A stretch of 62,683 bases of DNA, counting the filler, from Moniliella sp. 'wahieum' (Eukaryota): the NCBI GenBank assembly GCA_003971905.1. It is 3 parts of 3 records of this genome, joined end to end, with 100 filler letters (N's around TTAATTAATTAA, not from the genome) between each part and the next. Parts side by side here need not be neighbours in the genome. Positions count along the whole stretch, not along the records: positions 1 to 28,572 come from RSEE01000183.1; positions 28,673 to 51,922 come from RSEE01000184.1; 1 more part is not named here. One strand, given 5' to 3'. Shown here piece after piece: positions 25,548 to 38,722 of the stretch. Made by a program: the position numbers and the translations under genes. The notes below the pieces were generated by a model. The model was not told where the DNA came from and did not search any database. It saw only the letters and a program-made list of their open reading frames with translations. The stretch's first letter is position 1. Each line of letters begins with the position of its first letter.

Positions 25548-28500
25548 ATGGCCACCCACCCCGCGGGGCCACACCCGACCACCCCGCCCCCACGGCGACA
25601 CAAGCGGCCCGTCATCTGGTCGCTGGCCTCGCCAGCCCGCCTACCGAGAGCGCCCTCGCCGCTGCACTCGCCCCCTGGGCCCCCGTCCGCGCCATCCGCA
25701 TCTTGCCTCTGCCAAGTCGGCCAGCCACGACAACCCGTCGGGCGCCAGGCCGACGTAGAAGTAGATGTGCGTACCTTCTTTCCCTGCCAGCTCCAAGAGA
25801 AACGCGGGGCTGCATTGAACGCTTAACCCCGCCCCCCACCCTAACCCGTGCGCACAGACCATAGCCCAGGCCCAGGCACTGCTCCAACTTCACACAAAAT
25901 CGTCCTCAATCGCAGCCAGCCTCACATCCCTCAACCCACTTGATCGCACCATGCGCTTCGAATTCACTCAAATGTGAATCAACTTGATGCCATCCTCTGG
26001 CTCGGTGGCCGTCAAAAGGCCCTCGCTTGGACAGCCCCGGGGCCGGAGGAGGAGAGCCTTGGGAGCAGAGTGTACGCATCCTTCTCTGCAATCCGCAAAC
26101 CGAACAGGTGACTGACCTTGCCCCAGCTGGTCCGAGCCATTCTCTCCTTGTTTACCACCCACCTCCTTTGCCTTTCGCTCGGCGGGGCAGCCTCCAGTTC
26201 ATGGTCTGAAAGCCCTGGCTGCTGCCATCGACGTTACGTTCGACTCGCTTGAGGACGTAAGTAGCGTACAGTGTGCGTTTTCTGCTCCTGGCCAGACCTT
26301 TCGGACGAGGCGGAGAAGCTAACCACATTATTTTCTTTCTGTGATCTATGGGGGGTCAAAAGAGTCTTAATGATCTAGACACCTCATTAGGCATTCGTCT
26401 CGTTTGGCCCAAGCGAAATGCGTTTGCGCCATCTGCGCTGGAGGGACTAAGCCTCCCTTATGCACTGGGAACCGACGCTTCAGAAGGGGGAGAAGCAGCA
26501 ACCACAGCTAACATGATGGACGCTCAGAATCCAACCAATCCGTCAAGCCGGACGAGGGAGTAAGTTCCACCACCACCAGAAATACCACCACACTTTCTGT
26601 CTTTCCGCACGACCCTCTCAACATCATCTCTCAGCCGGATGGTTCCAGTCCCGCCCTTTACAACACAACGCTATCCTTCCGCCTTCTCAGTCCCTTGACA
26701 CAGCGGTGCCCCTCCCGGGACCCCTCCCTTCATCCGCTATTATTTCCTCACCTGCGGATCATCCATTGGGCTTGGGTGGCACTGTTTCTTTTGCGGAGGA
26801 TTTGAGAGAAAATGCAAAGCAGATGGGGGAAGCGGAAGAGTGGTTTGTTGGTACCTCAGCTTCTGCCGTCGTTCCCTCACAACAGCCGCATTCTGCCGCA
26901 TCCGAGAGACGCACATCCCATCTTCAATTCTGGCAGGCGCGTCGCACTCAACCCATTGGGCCATGCGTTCTTTGGTCAGTCAACCCCCCATCGCAGGCCT
27001 CACATCAGTTGCTGCAGCCCCGAGTATACTGCAGCCAATGGACGCGCATCGGGCGGGCTAGGGCTGGAGTTGAATCTCACGGGGATGTACGAGCGTTCGG
27101 TGCGCACCATCTGGGTGGGGTACATGGCGCGCTCCCTGGCTATTGCTCTGCCGAATTGGAGATGCTCTTCCTGCCATGTGGGGAAATGGAGGAGGTGTAC
27201 CTGCCGTCTCCTCTGCGGACAACAAAGATGTACGCGTTCATTACCTTTGTGGAGTACCGTTCCGCCGTTGCCGCCTTGGTTGGAATGGAACCCTCTTCCG
27301 AGGTGCTTACATCAAAGTTCGACCCAAACGATTGGCCAACAGATTCCTGCCCCCAGACCCGTCTCACCCATCCCTGCCCCGCTGCCACTCGTTCCGACGC
27401 CCACACCGACTCCACCGATATATATTGGTGCAGCTACTGTCCCTCCGAGCCCAACCCGAGTTTGCTAAACCACACGGTACACCGCGGAGAGGCACGGATT
27501 GCTGCGTAATCGCTCCGACTCGGACCCGGGCCTGCGAGAGGTGCCAGAGAAGATGGATCAAGGCGTCCATTCCTTCAGGGACATCCTCCCGGGAGCCCTA
27601 TACGTTTCTACCAAACCCGAAGAAATCCAAGCCATTCATTCCCCCCCGCATGTGTCCACCCCGAAGGCCACGACATCGGAGGCAACGCCCAGGGGGATAG
27701 GGAATGGCATTGCCGGCCACCGTGCAGACGAGGCAGCCTGCTCCACCGCTGAATATTCTGACTCATTCTCAGTGAACCCGTATTCGTCCGAAGCGTGCAT
27801 TGGCCTTCTTGGTCAACAACCTCGGCTGCCCTTGAAAAGGTACCGACCTCAGGCGATGACTGTCCCTTCTCTCGGGCCTGACCTTACACAGTCAGCAACC
27901 AGTCACTCTCATGGGAAGAGCAAGCCGCTCCCGTCTCCCCGCCCCGCTATGCATCCGCACAGCCTGAAACTCTTTCTGCAACATCGACCCCGGAGGTACA
28001 TCCCCACGAATGTCCGCCTTCGCTCCCCGTCTGAGAGTTCCAACCAAAAAACAGCACCAATTCTGGGACCAAGACGGGTTCGACTGGCGGATGGTCAGGG
28101 CCAGGTACCACTCTCTCCTCTCTCCGGTGGCGGTACTGGGTTAGATATACGCGGGGGCAAACTTGATAATTCCTCAAACTCTACTCTCTTACCCACCCCC
28201 CATCCCCTCAAGAATCTGTCCAAAAAGCGCGAATGCGGGTGACGACGAGCGCATCCATTCGTCGACAGACCTTTCCCCCCCACCCCCTCAACGAAAGATC
28301 ACGGCACTAAAGCTTTTACCAAGTGGATGGGCCCCTCCGACTCCTACCGTGCAGGAAGCGTGCCGTTCCACCCCGGCGGTTCGCTGCCCGCCCCACCTTT
28401 ATTTTGTCCTCCACCTTCCGGCATCGCCCCTACCCCCTTTTCGCCCAGCATATACTCCCCTGGCCCTCTATTTTTGGTCGCAGGGCCGGCTGGCCTGGTT

Positions 28501-28572
28501 ATCAGCTGGGGCCGTATGTGTACCTCCGCCTCCAGGGGTCATGGGAAGCCATGTGATGGTGGGAGCGCACCG
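25548..28572 (+). CDS. RRM-containing RNA-binding protein, multi-exon, probably cut by the contig end
   Basis: RRM at ~27087-27340: RNP2 'RTIWVG', 'ELEMLFLPCGEMEEVYLP', RNP1 'KMYAFITF', 'NGTLFRGAYIKVRP'. Intron signals at 25767, 26257 (GTAAGT..CTAAC) and 26560. Confidence 0.55.
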
Positions 28573-28672
28573 NNNNNNNNNNNNNNNNNNNNNNNNNNNN
28601 NNNNNNNNNNNNNNNNTTAATTAATTAANNNNNNNNNNNNNNNNNNNNNNNNNNNNNNNNNNNNNNNNNNNN
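28573..28672. other. Artificial contig linker
   Basis: Runs of N flank TTAATTAATTAA, which has stops in all six frames. Confidence 0.98.
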
Positions 28673-30850
28673 CCAACAGCATAGAGGAGACAGGCAGAGA
28701 GGCCTGTTCGCGTGAACCGGCCGAGTGCCTCGAAGCCATGGCGCCAGTCTAGTCAACGAGCTATCTTACATCACCCCCACGTCACAGCAGTTGGCATGTG
28801 CGGGGTAGTACCAACTGACGACTGACGCGACGCGTTTCACGGCCTAAAGTAGCTCATGCCACCTCAATCCGCGCCATTTTGTGGCCTCCCCCAGGCCTGA
28901 GCCTCAGCATCAGGGCCTCAGGCCTCAAGGGACGGCGATGAAGCAAGATGGATCTCGATGATCTCGACGATCGAAAACCGCTTGAAACGGCACACAGCTT
29001 GAAATGGCGAAGCACCCGACCATCACGAAAAACTTGGTAAGCAGCCGTGGATTACACGTAGCTAGTAAACGGCGTTAAGCGGGTATATGCGACACGGACT
29101 TCGTTCATTGTATACGGCTACCTCCTAGGGCCTAGAGGAGTAGGGCTGTGTGACACATGTGACGTTTGTGTACATCCCCCCATTTGAAGAGCAGCAAAAT
29201 ATGTGCAAACCTCTGTTTGTTCAGACATTTTCTGAACGCTAACTGCACTAAGATTTGAGCCTAAGTGCTAAGTGCTCTTAAAACCCTCCGAGACGCTCTC
29301 CTTCCAGCTTCCAGTAGAGTGGTTCGGGTGTGACTTGTGATGCACATACGGGCGATATACAAGCTGAGATCGCGCGATGCACTGATGTCGTTTCTTCCAA
29401 TCGGCCTCATTAGTTGGAAAAGCGACCCAGGAAGACGGGATTGTGACATGTGACGTGTGACTTATAACATGTGACATGTGACAGTTCCTGTAATAGTGCC
29501 ATTATATATTGAAGTGGAGGCCTGAGCCTGAGGCCTGGCCTGAGGTGACGCAAAAGTGACTAGAGTGACTTCAAGCTGCACTGCAGGGATATGAGATCTG
29601 AGATCGACTAGCAGACAACAGTGAACTTTTGTGAATACTATAGTGCTAGTGACGCGAAAGTGAAGGGCTGGATGTACCGAGTATCTGATGCACTGATGTT
29701 TGCTTCCTACTGTTGTTTATCATTGCGATTACACTGCCTTTCATCGACATCGATCATCTTCGATCTTATACATGTCCCTGATGGCGGTTTTTAGCAGAAT
29801 GACCGTCAGTACTCAGCGAGTACTCAGTACAATCAGTCGTGGTATCACTTTTGCCCTACCTTCGAATTCGGGCCCAGGGCTCAGCAGGCTCAGGCCCAGT
29901 ATGCAGTACACACCTGAGCGGCCTGAGAGGTTTTTGTCCCGGCCGCACAAGCTGTCCCTATGCACATCTATGGATGCAATACAAAGCGTCTCTATTATCA
30001 CTATAGCCTGCGAGTACTGAGTACTCAACTGAGTACACTGAGTACTGAGTGGTTTTGGACCTCAATATTCAATCGCTTATCAAGCTTCAAGAGTGTTTCT
30101 GTTGAGTGTACCGGTTGTAGCATGCAATGCCTGAGACGCAGTGGAGGGGTGTGTGCCTGCGAACAAAAAAGATGTCACGCGTAGTTCGGCCTAAGCCTCT
30201 GGCCTCACGTGACCTGTGAGTTAACTGAGTCCTGAGGGCCTGAGTACTGAGTACCGGTGAGACGTCCCAGGGTGGCATCAGGCCATCATGAATCACAAGT
30301 GCAATATATTTGCATCCATTGGCCTTAGGGCCTAGGGCCGTAGGCGCGTAGGGCGTAGGCCTCATAATACGGCCATACATGTGATACCCGTGACGACGAC
30401 GCCTGCAGCTTGGGCCGACGCGCAGTCGGTGGGGGGTATATGATTCGCTGCGCGCTCATCCACACGAGGAGGCCCCGTCAATTTCATTCCTCTGTAGTAT
30501 AGCTGGCCAATCGGGTCTGTATCGTCAACTGACTCAGTCAAGGGGGCACTACGGTCTGTCCCTCTGAAGGGGGAAAATCGCTTGCCCCATCCTTCCCCCC
30601 ACCACCACGCTCCTCTCCCCGTTCCAGTGGTCCGCCATAAAAGTCTTGTGCAGGGCTCTTGCATCTCCTTTGCACACACTCGGAGGCATCCTGCCGACGA
30701 AGGGGGTTGCTTGAAAAGTATCATTGAGGGTGTGCACGGGCATTGACACACATACATTACTTCCCAAAAGCTCTTGGGTTGATACAGTAAGCTGCCCAAA
30801 TATGCATTCCGTTCATGGCTAACATCTTTTCGTCCACTGTGGTTCCAGAA

Positions 30851-32695
30851 ATGATGGATGCAGCCGCATTCCGGCCAAGCAAAAGATGATGGGGTCCAAA
30901 TGGGATCAATCCCTTCAAGAAAGCCAACAATGTTATTACCTGGCTCCTCAATGAGACGGAAAAAGTCAGGTCAACAGACTTCAGGCGGTTCGAACAGTAC
31001 ATCATCTCGGCGGAAGCCACCTCCGGTTGCACTTGCAGCGACTTGGTTGCATCTCCGAGACCATCCCCGACCCTCGTTCGAGCGAACCAGGCTCGTTTAG
31101 CCCTTCGAGTGACTCATATGCTACACACTCCCAAACAACCACCCCTTCCCCCTCCCACTCCCAGTAGGGTGGGTCAATGAGATCCGGTTGGGGATGTCTC
31201 GAAAAAGTCGGGATGTTCCTCGTACCTTGCCCGACTCTCCGTTGGAGGATACTTCCTTTGATGATGCTTCTGATACACCCAAAGGGGGCAAGCACCGTTC
31301 TTACCGACGATGGTGGAAAGCACCTGCCGCCATTTCATTGTCGACATTTTCATCTCCGACTTCCGCACCTGCTTCCCGAACAAATTTGACCAGCCCTCCA
31401 CTGTCGTCGCCACTGACACAAGACTCTGGCCTTCCCTTGAATCGTCATCGGTCTGTGGATGAGGTCATGGAGGTGACCAATGAATCAAAGCACAGGAGAA
31501 ATGGAGGCAAGATTAAAACACTGTCGTCCTGGGCTCCTCAATTCTTGTCTAACTCAATTGCTGGACCAGGCGATCTCTGTCCCATGCGCGATCAGAGCTA
31601 ACCACAACCCCTCCTCCAGTGACACTCATATCACAACGTTGGGCTGGTCTGTCCCAGGGGCCTAGCAGAGTTTCGCCTGTGTTCAGGAACAATTTCTCCT
31701 TCCGTGCCAACAGCTTGAGCTTATCGGGTGACCAACGACCTACACCTTTGTCGCCTTTGGCTTTGTCAAAGGATGTTACTCTTCCTGGTTACCAAAGATG
31801 TCCCGAGCACTTCACTTCGACAGCTTCAGTAGCACAACGCTCTTGCCAGCCTCAACTAACGGGAGGAGGACCCATATTTGGGTTCTGCGTCTCCCACACT
31901 AGGGAGGAGCACACCCGTGAGTCATATTCCCAAAGGAATGTGTCACAAGTCCCGCCTACCAATGGAAAAAGGGGCGGCACCACCCTTCCCCCCCACTCCA
32001 TCATCCATCTGGACATTGACACCGTTCTTCCTCCCCATGATCTCGAAGACTCTGAACTCTCGACACCATGGGCGTCGAGTGATGGGCACTCTTCTCCCGT
32101 GACGGACATGTTTGGATTCGCGCCCGATGATGGAAATTCTTCCATGGGCGCTTCCGTCGAAGGGGTCGAACACAGGATGGGGGTTCTTTGGCCCGACAAG
32201 ACCCCGCCGAGTAAGGAGACCGCTTTGCCCCACGATCCAGAACGGAAGGACACCCCTTGGGAACAAGCGACTGAAGCGGATGCGTCTTCTCCTGAACTCC
32301 TGCCTCAGCAACAATCCCATGAAATCAACAAGCTACTCCTTCCGTTGCGGCGAATGGCCGGCGCCGAGTATTGCCCGTGTCCCGCACGGCACAGAGCATC
32401 GCATCCCCATGACTCGTCCAGTTCCCTGCTTGATTTCGATCTGCAAAAGTTTCCTCAACCTAGTATCGCTTGGCCTTCCGTCTCGGGGCCTGACCGCATC
32501 CCAGCCCGTCCTACTCCTCCTGCTCCAAGTCGGGCGTCTTCCACTTGCTCTCAGCACCGTCCCATTCCCATGCATCGTTCCCAAACAAGCAGCAAGCAAT
32601 CCTTTATTTCGGCTAGACGCGTGATTCCTAGCCGCCCAGGGCCACCGCCGGTGGGCCCGCTGCCCCCCATTCCTGAACCGAAATCTTCGAAGTGA
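30851..32695 (+). CDS. Hypothetical Ser/Pro-rich disordered protein (frameshifted)
   Basis: Successive plus-strand ORFs (30858, 31188, 31619-32695) ending 'RRVIPSRPGPPPVGPLPPIPEPKSSK*'. No domain recognised. Confidence 0.45.
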
Positions 32696-33077
32696 AGATG
32701 ACCTGACACACTAGCGTACGCACAGGTCAGGGGACAGGGTCAGCTTCTCCCAGGCTCCTCTTCACCCCCCCCCCACACCCCCTACGTCGCATGTTTGCGA
32801 AACGCCCTCACATGACTGTACCCTCACGAGATGCCAGATGTTTGATGTTTGATCATGATTGATGGTTGATGATTGATGATTGATGACAACAGACTCATTT
32901 CTGTCGCGTTTTCATAGAGTACTAGCACGCGCACCCGAACTATAAAAGCCAGTCGTGTCAAGACTCATCGCGCCCAGTGGAAATCCCTTCATTTGGGGGG
33001 ACATACATGATGGGAAGATGAAAATGATTGCTCGTCTTCCGATACATCTGACCCGTCCCACGTAGACAGGAGCCCAA

Positions 33078-35429
33078 TCAGGCCTTCTGCTTTTGTCTTT
33101 GCTTGGCCGCTGACCGGCGGTAGCCCTTTGTTTGAGACGCTGCACCAACGCAGCCGAATCGTCCTTCCCACCTGACTCTTGGGGATGTCCTCGGATTCGG
33201 TTTGGCGACGTTTCTTGGCTGCCGTGTCGACGAGGGTTTGCATCGCCTCGGTTTTGCGGAAAGAAGAATGAGATGGGTCGAGGGCGAACTGGTGGTCTGT
33301 GTAGAGTGCACCAAACCGCTCGTCTTCGGGATTGACGTGGAAATCCGGCTGAATTTTTCCCTCCGCTTGATCGGCAGCTTCAGCGCGGGCGGCCGCCTTC
33401 TTCTTGGCCTTGCCGCGCAATTTGCCTGCCCGCATCTTATCCTTCTCCGCACGAACAATATCTTGCATCGAGAAGTGACCCAAGCCCACCCGCCATCTTC
33501 GCCAGCCAAAGGCGGGCAACTCCTCGTCTGATTCCGGCTTTTGAGCCTCCTTGGCCGTGCGAGCCTCGACAAGCTTGGCCATCCGCGCCTCGCGCTTCTC
33601 CTTTTGCTTGCGCAGATACTTTTCTCGTGTGGTCTCCTCCTTCTCCTCTCCATCGGCCCGCCTTCTCTGTGGCGCCCGTAGCAGATGTGGTGACCGGTAC
33701 AGGTTCCGAGGAGAGCTTGGAGGTAAGAGCAGGAGTAAACGTGATTTCCATATCCATGTCCCCACCGTGGCCAGAGAGGTCCTTGCGTCCCTTTTTGGAC
33801 TTGTTCATGTCAAGTCCTGAAAGGAGAAGGTTGCGCATCCGGCTCGCCTTCTTGTCCTTGGCTCCCTCCTCGGCATCTGCCTGAGTCTCCTCCTCCTCTT
33901 CTACCTCTGAGCCGTGTCCGAGGCCAAATACGCCTTGTAGTCTTCCTCGGCCAGCTCTTGCTCCCCAACCCGCCGACGAGTGATCTTGGTCCGCTGGCTG
34001 TCATCTTGATCCCAAGTGAGTGTGACGCGGGAATGCCGCAGTGCCTGTACAAAAGACAGTTAGTGCCCATGCCTACACAGATGAGGTGAAAATACGCACG
34101 TCTGTCTTAAAGTCAACGCCAGTGTACTTGGTCATCAAGTCGGCCTCGGTAGCTTGGTCGCGGTACCCATCGCTCTTATCTTGGGCATCGGCAGCGTCAG
34201 CCGGGGCCTGGGGGTAAGAAGGGAACTCCATGTCATCGGGAACAAAGCGGAGATCAAACACGTTGGCCGACGCCTCCATCTCGGTACCATCAATCGTGTC
34301 ATAAACCATGGAGGCCGAGGCTTCCGAGTCAAATTCGGCAATAGCGTAATAATAGCGCAACCGCTCCAGTTGGTATTTGCGCAACTTGTTTTCATCAAAC
34401 TCAGCGCCTTCATCTTCTTGGAACCCGGCCGGACCAGTCTCATCATCCGAGTCCTCCGCTCGGCTCTTCCCAGTCTTGGAACGACTCGCTTCCGTCTTGT
34501 CACCCTTGAAGATATCGGTAGGAGGGCCGTACCTGTCCTCCTGGGCCATCCGTTGCCGGCCAAACTCAGAAGGATAGATCCGAACCCGGATACACTGGCC
34601 ACGGTTCTGACGAAGTGCTGCACCGCCTTTACCCTTACCCTTGATCTCCTCCTTCGAAGTCAAGGAAGCCGCCGAGGCCAATGGGTGTACTACAGAGGCA
34701 AAGACGGCATACAAGTCAACCGCACGAAGGTTTCCCAGTCCATGTTGACCACCGCTAGCCGACGAGTGCGATCGCCCATTGGCACAGCGTCCTTGCGCTT
34801 CTTCTCGCGTGAAAGTTGCTTTTTAGCCTGCTTATCCAGAGCAGAGTAGGCGCGGGCATCCAGCCCCTCGCCATCATCAGCCGGGACAGGACCTTCCTCT
34901 TCATCAGACTCGATTCGGAATCCTCATCCGACGCAGCACCGGCAGCACGCTTTTTAGCATCCCGCAAGGCCTGGCGAGTGCCCAGCACCACTGATCCCGT
35001 GGCCGAATCATCGCTCTCGCTGCCGGACTCGTCCGAGGACTCTTCCTCTGACGAAGAAGATTCGAGCATCGCCTCACCACGTGCGTAGTCGGGCCTGGCC
35101 GGCTCCGAATCGTCACTCTCCTCGTCGCTCTCCTCATCGCTCTCCTCATCGCTCGAGCCAGAAGCGACCTTATCGTCCTCCACGCGGTAAATGCGGCGCA
35201 GATGGGCAGTCTCAGCAGCCGAGGAGCCGGCCTTGACCTTCCGCCCAAAGCGGTCGACCTTGGGCCCAGCCTGCTTCTTGCCCTTCTGGCCCTTCTGCCC
35301 CGGTTTGAGGAGATGCGCAAAACGTTCGTCGAGCTTGACCTGGCCCTCTTCCCGTTGCGGACGGATGAACCGCGGGTCAGAGTGGACACGGGCAAAGCGG
35401 TCGTCACCAGCGCCTTTCTTGCCTGCCAT
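33078..35429 (-). CDS. ESF1: Pre-rRNA processing protein Esf1 (NUC153 domain; intron ~34044-34100)
   Basis: 'DDRFARVHSDPRF..VKLDERF', 'DYARGE..LESSSSEEE', 'RLAVVNMDW', 'VRIYPSEFGRQRM', 'KLRKYQLERLRYYYAI', 'DGTEMEASANVFDLRFVPDD', 'MEITFTPAL', 'DERFGALYTDHQFALDPS'. Confidence 0.92.
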
Positions 35430-35677
35430 CGCTCGTGGTTGCGTGGTTGGTGGGGACAGATGGGCACTGCATCCGCCTTGGCGGCGGCGCGCTCAACTTT
35501 TTGGAGAGTGAAACAGCGTGCCCGGGCGGAATCGAGCCCGACCCTGCACGGCGCTAGTGGCTCGACCGCCATCATTGCACCGAGCCGGCGCGGAATGGTC
35601 CCATCAAATTAATTTGTCCTGCTCGCCTCCCCACTAGCTTTTCGGCTTGGTTGCGCCCACCCTTCCCACCAACAGCC

Positions 35678-36882
35678 ATGGCGTCCCCATTACCCCCGCG
35701 ACGCGCGATGCGCTGTCCAAAGTCCTTGCCAACGCACTCAACGATGCCCAGGGCATCATCACTTCGACCCTGCGCAAATTTGTCGAAAAGTGCGTCTCCT
35801 CCCCTCGCGCTCCCCTGAAGTTGTGTGGACAATCACTGACTCCGCCCCCTCCCTTCTCGTCTATCTAGACAAAAACAAGGCGAGCTGGACTACGCCGATG
35901 GCCCATCGCTCCTGTCGATGAAGGTGGATGTGCTGTTGGAGTATGTGCAGAACCTGGTACTTCTCTCTGCTTCGCGGTTGCTGTCGGAGGGCGCGGGGGC
36001 TGCTAGTGAGCAGCAGCCGCTCCTGGACACCCTCATTCGCGACCGACTCGTCCTGGAGAAGACGCGTCCGCTGGAAAAAGGGATGAAGTACCAACTTGAG
36101 CGCATGCTGCGTGCAGCCCTCGATTCCGATTCCAAGACAGAGGATACGAACGTGCCTGACCTACTCGCATATGGACCTGGCATGTCCTCTGCGTTCCAAG
36201 CGACCGCGCCGGCCGCCAAGAAGGATACCAACAAGAGTGCCGCCAGCCAGGAAGAGCCCTGAACCCGAAGTCTATCGTCCACCCAAGTTGGCTGCTGTCG
36301 CGTACGATCCCGACGCCAAGCGTCGCCGTCGTGGTCCGAACGATGGCTCGGACGAGGAACCGATGCGGACACACAAGTCCGGGTCCTGTTGTCGGAGCTG
36401 ACGGCGTCCATGTCGGGTGTGCCACTTGAGGAAGGGGCAACGGGAACTGGCGTCTCCCGCCGCACACAGTAGGCGCAGGTGGGATTGGGGTTCGAAGCGC
36501 GCTCGTGAGCTTGCCCGGATGCAAGAGTACGAAGAGGAGAACTTTACCCGCCTCGCCTTGTCCAAAACCGAACAGCGCCGCGCGAGCGGGACGAGGCCGA
36601 CTTGGCCTGGGCGGCGCACGTGGCGGGAGGGGCAAGTCGGGACAACCGGGCTGGGTTCGAATCGGAACTGGCAGGTCTTTTGGGCGATGACCATGATCGC
36701 TCGTCCCGCTCTACCAAGCGAGGAAAGAAGAACAAAAGAACGATCGGCCCAACATTGATGTGTACGACCAGCTGCGCGGGTCTGCGGGGACTGCGCCTCG
36801 CAGGCAAGGTGGGAAGCGTAAAGTTGCCGACCTGGGGGGTGACTCGTTCCAGCGCCATGTGCGGGACAAGAGGCGCAAGTAA
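35678..36882 (+). CDS. LCP5: Sas10/Utp3/C1D-family U3 snoRNP protein Lcp5/neuroguidin (intron ~35790-35868)
   Basis: 'SLLSMKVDVLLEYVQNL..DRLVLEKTRPLEKGMKYQLERMLR', 'VYRPPKLAAV', 'RMQEYEEENFTRL'. Confidence 0.85.
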
Positions 36883-37162
36883 ACTAATGCCATCGCTTCT
36901 CCAGTAGACCTTCCTATTGCCAGACTGCTCAGATGGTGTGGTTGCGGAGCAAGATGCAGTAGGGTGCAGCATAGGTTTTTCAGTAGAGGCTCTATGGAAT
37001 AAGGGGCGATTCCGGCACAGATAACAACAGGGGGGGACACCAGGTGGGGCGGGGCGGGATCTGGACAGCACAAAAACAAAAGAGGCAGGTAGAGGGAAGC
37101 ATGCATGGCTGCTCCAAGTCTGTCTCTGCAGTGGTAAGTGATCATGGATCCTCGGTTGCTGG

Positions 37163-38326
37163 CTAATCCAAATCAGTGGGGAGACCCGAGATAGCCCAGG
37201 CGTACGGCATGAGTGGCCCCGGGAGTCTAATGTCGTAGTAGCTAGGCTCCCGCATGGCCAATGCAATGGCCGTGACGAGCAGAAAAGATTCGCCCGGAGG
37301 GACTACCTAGCGAGATCAGTTCATGTTGGTGCTAGCCTCCAGGGGTGGAGGGGACGTACCAGTAATTCGCAAATTGCGCCGAAATCCTACATTCTTTTCC
37401 ACCTTGCCCACGATACGCCCAGAAGGGTGAGTCTGGATGGACCAGCTGCCCTGGGTGGTCCGCTTGACGTCGAGATGGGTATAGCGCTGGTGCGGTGTGA
37501 AGCGAACGTGGGCGCCCGGGTTGAAGAGATTGTCAGAACCAATCGGAATATGAGATCTTGGTTAAGCGGCGAACGAGCTGTGAAATCCATGACTCTTGGA
37601 CCTTGGATCAGACAGAGGGCGGGTACCCCAGCTTCATCTTTGATCCACGTCGTGATGGGCACCCGTGTAATGCCCATCGGCGAGTACTTTGCGATGGACC
37701 ATGATCTACCTCCGTTTTAAAAACCAGATTGCCATCATTGTCCTGTGAGATGTGTCAGAACGGTCTACGATTGAAGACGATAAAGCGTACCAAAACCACC
37801 AATTCTGGCCGAAGACGGCCCTGGTGGCAATATGCAACTTGACCGTAGCATTCTGCACAACCGGTCCTGATTGTAAGACGGCAGCTCTTCGTCGGGACCA
37901 GCCTCATCAACAATGGTAGCCAAGTCGGACAGAGGTTGGGAGGGGCAAAGGAGGCGGGGCCGGGTTCGGAAGCGCGGCGCGGCAGCGAGGAGGCACTGGT
38001 CCTTCCCCTAGGGCCTCTGCATGGGAGGGAGGCACACAGTCGAGGTCGTGATACAAGGGCGGACTGTCATCCGTCGAAGCAGGGTGGATTCGTATGGGGG
38101 CTGGGCCCGCAGAGAGCCCCATACGGTCCTCGGTTGTAGAGTGGCGGCGGCGCACGCGACCTGAGATCCGTCGTCCAAACGCCACTCCACCGTTGGCGGG
38201 TGGAGAGAGGCGCACATCATCGGACAGCGCGTCTGAAGGCGCAGAGGCGGCCGAGGTGGAGAGGCGGCGGAAGATGCTCCAGCTCGAGCGGCGTCGGCTG
38301 GATGTTGGGGATGGGGGGCTGGCCAT
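37163..38326 (-). CDS. Hypothetical protein (Ser-rich N-terminus with PPxY, beta-rich C-terminal region; one probable intron)
   Basis: ORF fragments 37907-38326 ('MASPPSPTSSRRRSSWSIFRRLS..SPPLY') and 37387-37677. GTACGC..CTGAC..CAG intron at ~37744-37790. Confidence 0.4.
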
Positions 38327-38722
38327 GGCGCGGAGGAGGCGGTGGTGGGGGGAAGCAGCTGCCAGTGGCAGTATCAGTGCTGGCAGTACAAGCGTGGCAT
38401 CATCGGTGATACCGGTGATAGATACGGAGATTATCGATCGTGAATTGTAGGGCCGGGTGGCACCTGCGCGCACGCCGACCTCTACGGCCATGGCGCACGG
38501 TGGTGGCGAGGCTACTTTAATGCCTCGTCCCAGCGGCCTCGTGTGGGGTGGGGACGTGGCTGTAACTTAGGGCCGTCGGAGGTAGTTTTTCCGGCAGGCT
38601 GAAGCGTACGTCCCAGCGCTGGTTGTTAACGCAACGTTCAACGTTCAACGCTGCCCGCGTTGGCCTGTGCACGCAAGGGGGGGCAGAAAGGGCGACGGTG
38701 CGTCCACACGCATCCGCACGCA

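Noticed and set aside
28573..28672. TTAATTAATTAA palindrome within N runs (also at 51923-52022)
   Set aside because: Standard artificial six-frame-stop contig spacer. Adjacency across it has no biological meaning, so the copia element is not necessarily subtelomeric.
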